Assembly: GCA_009103225.1 (NCBI GenBank) | Contig: RHPI01001116.1 | Location: 124,001-188,000 of the forward strand | Source: Chlorokybus atmophyticus | Lineage: Eukaryota; Plantae; Mesostigma and Chlorokybus algae | Direction of reading: 5' to 3' | Length of the DNA stretch: 64,000 nucleotides | In this document: positions 37,536 to 50,660 of the stretch, piece after piece | How the letters are laid out: every line of letters begins with the position of its first letter | Position numbering within the stretch: the first letter of the stretch is position 1 | Notes under the pieces: generated by a model | Seen by the model: only the letters and a program-made list of their open reading frames with translations | Told to the model about the DNA's origin: nothing | Databases searched by the model: none | Translations under genes and position numbers: made by a program

Positions 37536-39966
37536 TTAGTGTGCATCCAACCACTGCAAAACTGCATCTGCCGCATGCTCCCACCCCGCGTCCAGCATAA
37601 TCTGCATAGGCGAATGCGTGAGGAATGGGGAATCGACAAACACACACAACACCTTATCATCACAATACATGCTGATACTCTAACTATCAAACAACTCACA
37701 TCGTGTCCAAGTCCATTGAGCATCAACGCCGATCCGCTCCCGCACCACCTTGCACACTCCTCTACTCCCTCCTTGTCCACGAGGGCATCGTGCTCGGTTC
37801 CCAGCACAAGCGTCGGAAAGGATGCGCTCTTGTTAGTGGCACTCGGCGCCGGAAAAGGAAGCACACTTGCGTACGTGCGCAAGTCGAGGACAGGTTGTCG
37901 TGAGGAAGTTGCCAGCTTGGGGAGATACCTGTTGGGAAAGTATGTGATTTGCGTGTAAGTGTGCAGCAAACAATGTAGACAGCTCAAGTGCTAGACAGGA
38001 GTGGTGTTTTTGTCACATATCTCAGAACAAAGAACTTGCGCCTGCATTGTACTCCCTGCACGATGCAACCCTGCAATGCACACCAGCTTAGTGTATGGCT
38101 CAATTATGAGCTTCACCTGGTGATGAGTTCATCCGGTGTGTTTGGTGAGAAGAAGGTATCTTTGCAAGCAGGAATGGACTTCAGGCAAGCCTTCGCCACC
38201 AGATTGTAAGTCAGCTTCACGCTTGCCAGGGGGCGCGTGCGGAGGAAGCGCCCTACCATTGGGCTGAGGCAGGGTGAAACAAGCACTTGCTCGTCAGGTA
38301 AATGACCAACAGAAAACTGACCAAGGTGGTTACTGTGTGCGTGCCGCTCACCCATTGCCCGTTGGCGGTGAGGAGCACATGAATACGGCACCAGCCAGCA
38401 GTGAGCCATCAAGCTCGCCGTAGAACATTTTGCTGATGAGTCGCTGCGCAGTCAAGCCACCGAGTGAGTGAGCGAGCAAAACGGGCGCTTTGTTGCTGCT
38501 GCTGCTAGAAGGAAAGGACTGCTGGCAGAAGTGTGCTACAGCAGCAGCGTGCGAGTCGAGTGTGCCTGCGGTGCCATTACACATGAGGCTCTACATGCTG
38601 ATGCAGCACTATCATTCTGTCGACACAATGTGGGGTTCACTACTTCTACTGATCTTGAGCTTGCCTTGTGTATGCATTTAAGCACACAAACTCATGCGTT
38701 TGCGTATGTGCGAGTGCGCGCATGCAAGCATATGCGTGTGGACGTGTGCAATTGTGTTGTACACGCATGCCTCTGTACTTGCCTGCGTACTTCTCATTAG
38801 GGACAACGTCACTGTTGCCCTAAGGAAAACAACACTGCCTCAACACATACCCACAACGGCTTGCGCAGTGACTGCAAAGCAGGCAGGAACCCACGCTTGC
38901 TTACCTGACCCAACAAGCTCAGTGCTGCGCATTCATGACCAGCACGCGCAAAGTAAGGCAGGAAGTTCTCAGCAAAGCACCACGCTGCGACACCATTCAC
39001 AATTGTCACACAGTTGTCACGAACACTCTTCAACGGAGTAATGACAGTCACCTCATATTTACTTCACGCACCCGCATGGTAGCTTCCATGCACGAACACT
39101 AGCGGCGCCTTATCTCTTTGTGCGCCGCTGCCTCCTTGTTGTCCTGCCGGAGAAGCACGCAGCACTTCCAAGCGAAGTCCTGAGGGCAAGCTGTGCCTGT
39201 CGTTACGAATCTGCACTCTGTCCTGCAGCGTGAGACAGGAGCTTGCAAAAGATGATAACCTTGCATTGCCAATGCATGTCTCTAGGCGGACAAAATGCTT
39301 TGACCCAAGACTTGCTCAGAGCCAAGCAACTGATTGCAGAATGTCAATGCCACAACCTGTCGAGTTGCAGGATGCACCAATTGAGGCTAAATGCAACCCA
39401 GAAGGCGAGAAATGCTTCAAAGTTGTAACGCTGCCAAGTCAGACATGCACCTGTTGTTGAGGCATGCTGGCGTTGCAGCCCTACAGTTGACACTAGACGC
39501 GAAACTAGCGGGGATTGCCAAGCACCAAGACACTGAAGCTGTAGCATAGCATTACTGAAGGTCCAGTGTCTTCAACAGCAACGCTGCTCTGCTGAAGCTC
39601 AAACACGTTTCTGCTCCTCACCCAACATAACACTGATTGCTTGACAACTGCCTGTGTCCACTTACTGTTTTGCAGTGTATAGTGACACACCTCCGTGAAG
39701 GTGCTGCTGGCTGTGCACTCCAGGCGGCGGTGGTGTAGGCTGCGGCGTGCACGGCCGGGCTTCAGACAGCAGTGTTGTCGATGCCAGCTGGCGACTAGGC
39801 TGCGGTCGCCAGGCGACAGTAGCGACGTTGCCGCCACCACCACCGCCATTGTCGTTGCTGTCGTCTCACTGACTGGCCACTTGCACAATGTCAGCGTTGA
39901 CAAGCTTGTTGACGGCGGTGGCAACGGCGACGGCGATGACGGAGGCGGTGAGGTTGGCAATCTCAT
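37536..39966 (-). CDS. Plastid-targeted alpha/beta-hydrolase (esterase/lysophospholipase-like); start approximate
   Basis: LPSGLRLEV, PLVFVHGSYHAAWCFAENFLPYFARAGHECAALSLLGQ, nucleophile elbow VLLAHSLGG, GAVFMCSSPPTGN, acid LVLGTEHDALVD, His GLGHDIMLDAGWE. Confidence 0.88.
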
Positions 39967-40625
39967 GAGCGTGGTGAGGATAGCAACCTGAGCCGCAGCT
40001 GCGGTTTTAGCGTTTACCGCTGGCATAAAGTGGCAGAATTGTTTTTCCTTCATCTGCACCTGCTTCGTCAAGCCAGTTCTTGCTGCTCTGCTGACCAATG
40101 GTACATTTGAGGCTTGTGTGGTGTCGTTTGCTGCCACACCTGCTATACACAGCTATACATAGACTCGTGCCACACCTGCCATGTATGCAGGTGTGGCACG
40201 ACTCTGCTTCAAGCTTGCTGCTCATTGCAGCAAAGCATGTGAGGTCTGTTGTTCAGCAGCTACTACATTACTCGCAACGGAGAACTGCAATTTACGCTGT
40301 CTACATAGACAATCCCCTTGTCTGCTCCGCAGACTCTGCCTTTTCAAACTGACTGCAGCAGCGTGCTTACTGAGTTTGCATTTTGCATGTAGTTGATAGC
40401 CGCCTTCCAGCACATCAAGTATTCATATGTACATAAGCATGCTGCAGTCGCTGCAAGGTCAAACAGTACTTGTCCAGCTTCGCAACTGTACTTCAACAGA
40501 TCTGCTTTGACATGTCTGATCGCTGGTGCTTGCGCAGAGTTCAATCCAACGTAGTGTAGTCTAGCATCATCACGTCCTACACATCCTTGGCGTTGCAGCA
40601 GCAGCGCGTGCAACTGTAGGTAAGG

Positions 40626-43600
40626 ATGGTGGAGAAGGGAAGCACGCGCAAGGGCGATCAGCACACGCACCTGGAGGCGTGGACATGGGTGCTGTCGCTG
40701 GCTCCTTTGGTTGCGATTGGTGGCGTGTGCTTTGCTGGCGGACTTATTGGCGGACTGCGACAAGGGCTTGCAAAGCACGCTGCACAGGTAAAACAACAAG
40801 TTGGATTGCGTGCAGCTCAGTCACTGAGTTGCATGCAATGTAACTCAAGCTCTGTTTGATGATGGTATTCCTTATCAATCACAGCTGCAGCACACATTGG
40901 CCCATATGCACAAGTGACGTGTCCACACGTGTCAACGCATGTTTAAAGACACTTGCTTGCAGCTTCATAGCGCATTGGTGACTTTACTTCAATGCATCGT
41001 ACAGCGTCAACTGTCCACACTTGCGCAGGGACGGTTGCTGTATGAGACACCTGATGGTCCAGCTGGCGTACAAGGGCAGGCAGCAACCTTCACTGGTATC
41101 GACGACGATATGGTACAGCTGGTGCAGAGCATGACGCTCGCCCAGAAGATTGGCCAGATGGTAATGGTGGATGCGAGTGTGGTATCCGCTGCGGATGCGT
41201 CTGTGTTGAATGGGTTCGACATAACATCCAATGCCAACTCAGTACTGGGAGATCCCTACTATGTTGGCAGCGTGGTGGACGGGCCTGGTAAGTGGTTATT
41301 TAGTCTGCGCAACACAACTGTTCAGTGGTGACAGTTGCTTATCAATGCAGCCTCGGAAGACACGCTGAGTGCTTTCCAATGGCGAGCACTGGTGTCTGCA
41401 GCACAACAGCTGCCAGCAAACAACGGTCTGAATGTACGTAGCAATGTGGCAGTATGTAAAGCTTGACACGCATGACTTCTGCTTGCTGTTTGTGCAGTTG
41501 GAAACATTGTGGTTGATGGGTGATTTGTCTCTATGTGTGCATGCGCGCGTGCGCGCGCGCATGCGTGCGCACACTTTGTTGACTTCATGTACTGTGCAAG
41601 GTTCCCATAGCGTGGGCTCTAACCAACGTGCACGGTGCAAACCACATACGAGGTGCCACAGTCTTCCCGCAGCAAATGACGCTAGCAGCCACCTTCAACA
41701 AAGCGCTGGCATACTCACAGGTAGTTGTTGTCGTGTGCCAGTTGCTTGACAAATTCTGCCACTAACACCGGCGATGCATTGACTTTACATAATCTGTGTG
41801 ATGGTTGATGCTGTAGCCATGCATTGCTCTGCGGACAGGCAAGCATAAGCTGATGCCCAACGTCACAGGGTCAAGTAACAGCAAAAGACTCCGCTGCAGC
41901 TGGTGTGAAGTGGCTTCTTACCCCTCAGGCAAGTGTATTATTGATAGGCAACAAGCGTCAAATCTGCTACTAGTCCTGGTCTACATATTGCATATCGCAA
42001 AGTCTGAAGATAGTAATGGGCCAAAAAGTGCTTGCAGTCAGGCCTTTGTAATGGTTGGAGTCACTGTGAATATTGCGTTCGCAGGTTGAACCGGCCCTAA
42101 CTCAACTATGGTCACGCTTTTATGAGCACTCTGGAGAGGTAGATTGCATGGAGTCCGTAGCCAGTGTGTGGGGCATATGTTACGCAGGTGTTCATCAACC
42201 AATTCTGCTGAGAGGCTGTTGAACAATTTAACTGCTGCGCAATGCAGGATCCGCACTTAGCCAGTCAGATGGCATCTAACCTCATAGCGGGCATGAAAGG
42301 GAGCTCCCTGGCAACCAACACTTCTGTTGGTGCAACAGCGTGCGGCTTCATAGGTATGCACGGTCAAGGGCATGCCTAAGATTGCAGCAAAGCTGAGAGC
42401 TTTGCTGCAATCGCCTGACAAGGGACACCAAACGTGGGTGATGTTCACAGGGTCGACTGCGCCAATGGCAGGCCGTGATAGCTGGCCATCAACAAGCCCG
42501 GACCAGTATGTCATGCAGTACGCGTCTCGTCAGGTGAGGATGCTAGCATTCAGTAGTGCTCCTACTGGCATTGTATTGTGTACACGTGCAGACACACACG
42601 CACCGTGCAGTTTCGTGACGCTATTGCAGCTGGCGCAGCGGCCGTGCAAGCCGGTTTCCATGAGCTCAACGGCTTGCCAGTCACCATCAACTCCAACTAC
42701 ACACAGGGGTTGCTGAGGACCTCACTCGGCTTTCAGGTGTGTGCTAGCAAAAGCAGCACGTGTTAGTTTGGCACTTAGTTTGACAACAGCCCTGGAAGCC
42801 AAGTTTTGCCACCTGCGAGCATGGCACCGCACCACTGTGCGGGTAGCATCCACCTTGCTCATTTATCGTTGAGTCAATACACACACATACTGAGCAAATG
42901 AAGCTGCTGAAGGCCTGTGCTGCAGGGGGTGCTTGTTTCAGCACGCGGGGAGATCAGCAACTTGTATGCGACTCACCAAAGTGCTGCAAATTTCAGCGAC
43001 GCTGTCCGAATGGCTATGCAGGTGAATGCCACGACTTTGTCCAACATTGGCATTCTACATCAAAATGAATACTCGCGACATAGTCGCAGAATGAGGCCTA
43101 GTTGTGAACTATTACCTCCTTCAAATCCAGAAGACGCGACACATTATGTCTTGGTGCCCTGCAGGACTCATCAATAGACATTGCAAGTGTGGGCACCGAT
43201 TTATCTTTCTTGGACGTGCTTCGCGGTCTGGTTGAAGATGGCACAGTACCCGAAGACCGGGTAACTGAGGTGAGGACTTGACAATTGTCAATTGTTGGCT
43301 CAGAAGTCAGCTGAGTTTGAGCAGTGCTCTACACCAATGCTTCGACAGTGTTATTCTGTCGCGTTGCACTATATTCAAATGGCATGCGTTATGGCTAGTA
43401 TTCAGCTTGCCAGCCTCAATCAGGGGCAGTAACACTGGCATGGCTTGCATCAGTCAGCAGCGCGAGTATTGCAAATGAAGAAGAACCTCGACCTCTTCAA
43501 CAATCCCGTCCCAGTGACGACCACCGCAGAGATCAGCAGTGTCGGCGGTGCCGATGACCAGGACCTCAGCCTCAACATAGCACGAGAGGCCATCACGCTG

Positions 43601-45637
43601 CTACGAAACGAGAATGGGACACTACCTTTGAGCGCCAACATTTCTTCTCTGCTCGTGGTGGGTCCCGCAGCAGACTCCACATTGCTTCTGGCCGGTGGAT
43701 ACACTGTGAATGATCAGGGCGCCCCCTCGGACGCCGATGTGCCCGGAGTCAACATCCTACAAGGCATTCAGGTTGGTGCAATTGAAGCAGAAATGAACTG
43801 ACTTCTCTTTGATGCAAGTTATAGACCTTCCATGTGCACGCATGTGTGTGTGAAGTGGGGTTGATGCAACCTGTGGTGCGCGTGATCTGTGCGTGCAATC
43901 TGCTTGGCCATCATGATATGCAGGCGTTGTTCCCTTCAGCGACATACCAGAAAGGCTGCGAGCTCAACGGGTCAATTGCTTCATCGGATCTCAGTCGAGC
44001 CGTCACGGCCGCACAGGTGAGGCAACATTTACCACCATAGGCTTGACGTTTTGGGGGGGGGGGGGAGGCTGGCAACGCTTGATGTCATACATGGATAACA
44101 ACAACAACATGAGTAACCACACAGTAAGTACATAGGAACCTCACTCGGTGCTGACATCGCACCGTGTAACTGATGGCGGTAATTATGGTTGCAGGCAGCA
44201 GCTGGTGTGATTGTATGCATTGGTGAGGCCACTTATGCTGCCAAGGGTGGGGACGTACCAACAATGGAGCTGTCTGAAGGGCAGCGCACACTCACTGCAA
44301 GCCTCATCGCAACAGGCACCCCCGTCATCGTTGTCTATGTTGGAGGCAGACCCTTGCTGATGAGCGGTTAGTACTCATCCGTACACAGCACTGGAGCATT
44401 GTGCGCGTGCAAAAACATCACTCCGCGGTGTTGACGGCTGAGGCCAAATGTGTTTATGTGGGCAGGCGCCACTAACGGTGCAGCTGGGTTCGTCTATGCT
44501 GGTCTGCCCGGTCCACAGGGTGGCCAGGCAGTTGCGGAGGTAGTATTTGGGGTGACCAACCCCAGCGGGCGATTGCCTTTCACATGGCCGCTAAACCCGT
44601 TGGAGGTATGCTGATATGCACTCTCAGGCATGCTCTTCTGTGCTTCCTTGTAGCAAGCTATGCAACACACGTCAAGCAACCTGTATTTGCAGGTGCCAAT
44701 GCTGTACTTCCGCAAGTTTGACCAAACTTGTGTAGCCACAGGCAAGAAACTGTTCCAAGACTTGTGCGCTTGTCACATGCCAGTCGCGGCTGTACATTTT
44801 GCATGAGAATGATCTTGTTTGTGTGGCTGTGCAGGCAGCCCATCAGGAGATTGTTTGACGGAGTTTGAGTTTGGCAACGGGCTGACTTACTCATCTTTCG
44901 CGTATTCTGCCCTGTCCGTGTCGCCTCAAAGCATTTCCGTTGGCGACAGCGTCACTGTGTCCCTCACTGTCACCAATAGTGGTGGACCTGCGGGCAAACA
45001 TGTACGATTGTTGCTGCACATTTGCGTTGCATCTCAGTAGTATGTTGCTGGTGCGAAGAGGCGTGCGTACAATTGAGCATCTGACGCTGGTCATGCCTGG
45101 CGCTGTGCATCGATTGGATTTATGTTATGTGCGTAAGTTACCTTGACGGTTGTGCTTTTTCCGAGCATTGTATACTTCTGCAGGCCGTGCTGGTGTTTCT
45201 CACACAAGCAGTGCGGACTGTCCCGCCCGAGCGCGCTTTGCTGAAAGGTTTTACCAAGGTAAGGAGTCCTTACTTTGGTAAAAGTCTGATTCGTGATGTG
45301 TGTTATTGCATTGGGTGTACGATCAAGCCGTCCGCCAGCTTTTATTATTGGCACGAGCCAAGCATATATCAATCAAGCATACATCTAATCAGGTGGACCT
45401 GGAACAAGGAGCTAGCACGCAAGTGGACTTTACTTTAACGCCAGATGACATGCAGTACTGGGAACCGAATCAGCAGGTTTGGGTTGTTGATCAAGGGGAG
45501 TTCACCGTCAATGTTGGTGACGTCGCAGCACAGTTTGCTGTGGTAAGTACTGTCAAGGGGCAGAAAGTTGTGCATGCCTGCTTACAACGCATTCCTACTC
45601 AATTATCCTACTGTTGGCATTGTCTGTACAGGTTTGA
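40626..45637 (+). CDS. GH3 beta-glucosidase-fold protein (TIM barrel, alpha/beta sandwich, FnIII-like) with N-terminal TM anchor; catalytic residues substituted; last exon uncertain (stop 45637 or 45674)
   Basis: MTLAQKIGQM, VHGANHIRGATVFPQQMTLAATFN, WSRFYEHSGEDP, ELNGLPV..LLRTSLGFQG, AREAITLLRNENGTLPL, VVYVGGRP, PGPQGGQAVAEVVFGVTNPSGRLPFTWP, FEFGNGLTYSSF, LKGFTKV. Confidence 0.9.
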
Positions 45638-46222
45638 GAGCAACTGGAGTTGGGATACTTACCTGGGGTTGTGAAGTTTTCCCTCTGAATAAGGTTGCTA
45701 GGTGAATAGGTAAACATACGCCATTGATAGCTCAAGCTACGCGCCGCTACCGTGGTTGTTTCATAGCATTGATTGTTCTCCGCTACACACAGCAATGGTT
45801 GTGTGTTCATAACATGTGTTAGCAATGATGGTGACCGCACAAAGATAGTACAGTGATGACTGTGTGTTGAATAGTATGTGTTGGGCACTACACTACCTAC
45901 CACAATCGTATCTGTCACAGAATTCAACAACACATCAAAGCAGCTAGATTCTGGCCGTTCTGATGTGATGTTAGTTTTGGCATACTGTATGCTAATGCCC
46001 GTACACATCTATATCAACTGTCAATGATTTTTGAGATAGATATAACATCTCCGTAGAATGCATAAGCCATAATACAGCTTTGAGCCAGTGCAGATTTGAG
46101 CCAGTGCAGTCACAGGGAGTCTTTACAACAAAAGTGACCAACACTTGTTGGACACCTTGCAAAGTCAAATACTTACAAGACAAACAATTACAACCAAAAG
46201 TACAGCTAGCCAATGTTACTCA

Positions 46223-47419
46223 CTACTGAATATCAACTTCAACGGCCTGAGACTCTTTCGTCTTGGGCACAGTGACGACCAGCACACCATTCTCGCAGGC
46301 GGCTGAGGTGCGCGCAGCGTCAACATTCTTCGCCAGCCGGAACTTGCGCTCAACCTTGCCGACGGCGCGCGCGCCCTCACCTTGCTTGGCGGCGGTAACA
46401 ATCAACACATTCTCCATGACCTGCACCTTGATGTCGCCGCGCTCGTAGCCTGGCAGCTCCACGCGGAAGCGGTAAGCAGCGCCTGTGTCGGTGGACTCAG
46501 TGCGCACACCCGCAGCGAAGCGCCTCTCCCATGCTGCCTCTTCCTCATCCGTGTAAGAGGTGGACGCAGCTGCTGAAGGTGTGGACTCACCCTCCTTATT
46601 TGCACCCTCACTTTCAGCATACTTCTTCTGCTGACTCTGCAAGACATGAATAAAGACACCGTCAGGACCATTACGTATCAGTACAAGACATGAGAAGTAT
46701 ACTACGAGAACCACACACGCGCATACGTGCACACCCACCCACCCACCCACATAAACGCACACACAGGTCAACACACCTGCATCCAGCGTGCAAAGTGGGG
46801 TGCAGCCACCGAGGCCAGGTACAGCAGAAAAGGTGCGAGCGTCAGGAGACCACCTCCTCCTCGTCTGGGCTGGCGGTAGCCGTAGCCATAGCTGAAGGGG
46901 TTGCCATAACCGAAGGGGCTTGGGCCGAATGGGCCGGGGCTGTAGCGAAAGTTACCGTAGCCAAAAGGGCTTGGCCCAAACCCGCCTCCATAAGGGCGGA
47001 ACAATGGGCCAAACCCTGGCGTCACTTTGATGTACAGCGCCTGCGTGGGTGTCTTTCGCCTGAGCTGCTGCTTCTGTACAGCAGTACAGTCGTGAGCACC
47101 AATTGCAGATTGTAGGTTGCAGAGTGCAGCATAATTGGGTGTGCATGCAATATTGGCCCACGAAACCAACGGTGACAAGCACAAATCCAATGCCAAAGGT
47201 AGAAACAGCTAAATAAATCTGGTGAGAGAGTGGATGCATGCACAAAGACAAGACAGTCACCTGTGCTGGCAGGAAGGCCGCTTTCGCATCCAGGGAGCCA
47301 ATGCCACCGTTCCGTTGCTGCTGAGGCAAGCGCAGTCCGGAAAACTCACTCCTGGTGTAAGAAGAAGTAGTGGTCTTTGCGGACACGGATGCCGCCGCCA
47401 TGGTTACCGCCGCCGCCAT
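46223..47419 (-). CDS. Small heat-shock (alpha-crystallin domain) protein with transit peptide, G/P/F/Y repeat region and hydrophobic segment; 3 exons
   Basis: Exon 1 MAAAVTMAAASVSAKTTTSSYTRSEFSGLR; exon 2 FGPSPFGYG repeats and LLTLAPFLLYLASVAAPHF; exon 3 YRFRVELPGYERGDIKVQVMENVLIVTA..VERKFRLAKNVD...ENGVLVVTVPK. Confidence 0.88.
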
Positions 47420-49899
47420 CTCAGACACTGACTCTGTGAGTACGACTGTGCACTGCTTGACAATCGAAACACTGTTGGTGGTAAGGGCAAACCGTAGCGG
47501 CTTATAAACCCTACTGCGCGATGCCCGGTTGTGTCCGTCACCCGCCTGTCGCAGCACGCGGCTCGGAACTGGCTAGACCTTATGACGTGGCAGGTTGTCA
47601 GCGCTGAATGGCCTTCTACAAGCCGTGCGATGTGGCAATAGCAAGCGCGCAAATGCTTAGACCGTTGGATTGACAGAATGACTGCAACCAGGCCGCGGCT
47701 TCACCATTGTGCTTCCCGTGGACGCTTGAAAGCCGTAGATTTAGGCACTGTGGACGAAGGGGAACACGCCGCGCCACAGTGGCGTCAACCCTTTTTGCGT
47801 TTGGTGCGCGCGCTGCTAGATGCGTGTTCGTGGCACAGATGGGCATCGGCGTGACGGTACCCGCTGCTTGTCCTTAACATTCATAAATTACAAAGCAGCT
47901 GAAAGGAGACAAAGCCACCTCCCGTGCAAAGGGAGGTGGTCAGAAGTAGATTGTTGTGAGAACATTTTATCAACCAATAACCAAGCTTACTGAATTTAAG
48001 CTTGCATAGATTAGGCCTATATTGCATGTGTTTCAGAGTCTGTGCTCCTTGACGTAAGCGTCTGCGCTTTAGCAGTAAGATTGTAATAAAACCTCACGCA
48101 TTGCATATTGTGCAATGTGATGTGATTGTTATATAGCGATCTATTATGTGCTTATTGCGTATTGTAGCTTTTGAATAACCTTGTTACAATGCTTTCCAAG
48201 CACATACTGTTGACAGCTAGACACATATATGCATATGGTTGAAGTAATTGCTATTTTATTAACCGTACATAATATGTATCATATGTGGTATATAGTTTGT
48301 TGAGCGTAAAACATGATTCTTCGCATATTACTCGCTTATGCATGCGGATTGCCGTATACATTTGCATTCGATGCATACGAAAGGCACTAAGTAAAAAAGC
48401 ATTGTATTATAATACACAGGCCGATTGTGTATCGTAATGGCATTACATGAGAGTCAACTGCTATTACTTCATAAAACACATCACACAATCGCACACATTA
48501 TTGCAAATGTGGCAGTCGCTACAGCCCTGCCTTCACACCATCCCGCTTGAGACCATTGCTATGACGTGTCTTCCTTCATCTTTCGCGGTATTACGCCGTA
48601 CGGCTTGCTGGCGTCCATCGCCGCGCATCACCTCCACCACTGCCCTCCCCGCAGGAGCATTCCCACGCTTGCACTCGCTGCATTGTCACAATGTGACATG
48701 CCATTTGCTAACACAACAGTGTTAGCAAATTACGCCGTTCAACCTGCGCAAGGGCAGCGCGCGACTATACATGACATTGCCGCGGCGCGCGCAGATGTTG
48801 AGAAGCTGCTGGACAACATGGTCCAGCTGATGGTCCGGTTTTGTGCGTATGCGCCGCTGGTGGGCAAAAGGTGTTACTTAGTTGGTGGTTGTCGTACTCA
48901 TGTCACTTGCTCTATTCCACCTGTCGCAACTCATGCGCGCTCGCATAGGGAACCGCATCATAGAACAGTAACATTTGAATCAGAGACCTGCTCCGACGCC
49001 ATTTCGTAGATGCAACGGCCGCGCGCCTCCTGTCACAACCACCTCAGTGTGATGTGAAACACTCAATGACAGTCAGTGCACCAATGCAATAGCCCCGTAC
49101 GTCGTTTGCACAAAGGGAAGCATGTGGCATGTCAACATGAGCTTCCACAAGCGGGGATCACATGAATCGCTCCGCTCAAAGCGGATCACTCAGAGCTGCA
49201 ATACCATCATCGGCACAATGTGGAACATCTGCTTGCTGCCGGAGGCTCATCCAATGCGTGAGCATGCAGTGTGCCCTACAGGATGCAGCCACACATGCAC
49301 AAAAGTGCAAGGCTATTGTGCATGCACACAAGCCATGCACATTCACAACATGCACGGGACATACACATGCATGCACACTTGGCAATGCACAATGGCAGAA
49401 CTAGCTAGGCAGGGGTTGTCCACAACAACAGGTTGTCCAGGAAGATCACTAACAACACCACAAGCAACAGCAGAAAGTGGGAGGCGCCTCTTCTTCAGCA
49501 CTGACGTCAATCACCCCGAAGAAAACCACCAAAACGCTAGCTAGACCACTCAGAAACGCCCCACATTGGAGGATAGGGAAGGCCCCTTAAATAGTTAAGC
49601 GAAGCATCCTAAACACACAGCAAGTAAGCACAAGGCTAAGTCCCCCCCCCACCCCCCCACCCCCCCACACCACCACACACACACCATGCTAACCTAGCCT
49701 ATTTACTTCTCCCTGTCGCCTTCCCACTTGGCCACAGGTGAGCTGAAAAGCCATCAACGCCTTTTCGCCCATCCTGTGCTGACACATAAGATTCTCTTGG
49801 CACACAGGCCACGCAGTGCACACATGCACTTCAACTATTTTAACTACTTACCACAAATTAATAAAAAGCAGCAGTACAGCTATTAGTGTGTGTCACTCA

Positions 49900-50660
49900 C
49901 TACCGAATGTCAACTTCAATAGCCTGAGCCTCTTTCGTCTTGGGCACAGTGATGACGAGCACACAATTCTTGCAGGCGGCAAAAGTACGCGCAACATCCA
50001 CATTCTTCGCCAGCCGGAACTTGCGTTCAACCATGCCAATATCACGTTCACCTTCTCGTTGCTTCGCTGCGGTGACAGTCAGCATCTTCTCCACAACCTG
50101 CACCTTGATGTCGCCACGCTCGTAGCCATGCAGCTCCACGCGGAAGCGGTAGGCTACATCTGTGTCCGCAGATTCCGTGCGCACACTTGCAGCAAAGCGC
50201 CTCTCCCACGCCGCATGTTCCTCATCCGTGTAAGAGGTTGACGTTGCTGCTGGAGATGTGGACTCACCCTCCTTGGTTACACGCTCAATCTGCACGCCTC
50301 TGCTGCTGCTGACTCTACATAGCAGATAACACGCACAGTCAAAACTGGTGCACTCTACTGCACCCCATATGTACTTGCAACACAAGGACCCTTTACACGT
50401 GTACACGCACACCCACCTACATACACACGTGCATGCATGTCAACATACCTGCATCCAGCGTGCAAAGTGGGGCGCAGCAACCGATGCAAGGTATAGCAGG
50501 AAGGGTGCAAGCGTAACAAGGCTGCCGCCTCCTCGTCTGGGTTGGCGGCAGCCGTAGCCATAGCCGTAGCCGAGGGGACTGCCGAAAGGGTTGCCTTAGC
50601 CAAAGGGGCTTGGGCTGAACGGACTAGGGCTGTAGCGGAAGCTCGGCTCAAACCCGCCGC
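49900..50660 (-). pseudogene. 5'-truncated, disabled tandem duplicate of the small HSP gene
   Basis: Homologous to exons 2-3 of 46223-47419. In-frame TAA at 50596-50598 where the paralog has Tyr, +1 nt in the start of the ACD exon, no transit-peptide exon, LPG->LHG and NGVL->NCVL. Confidence 0.78.
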
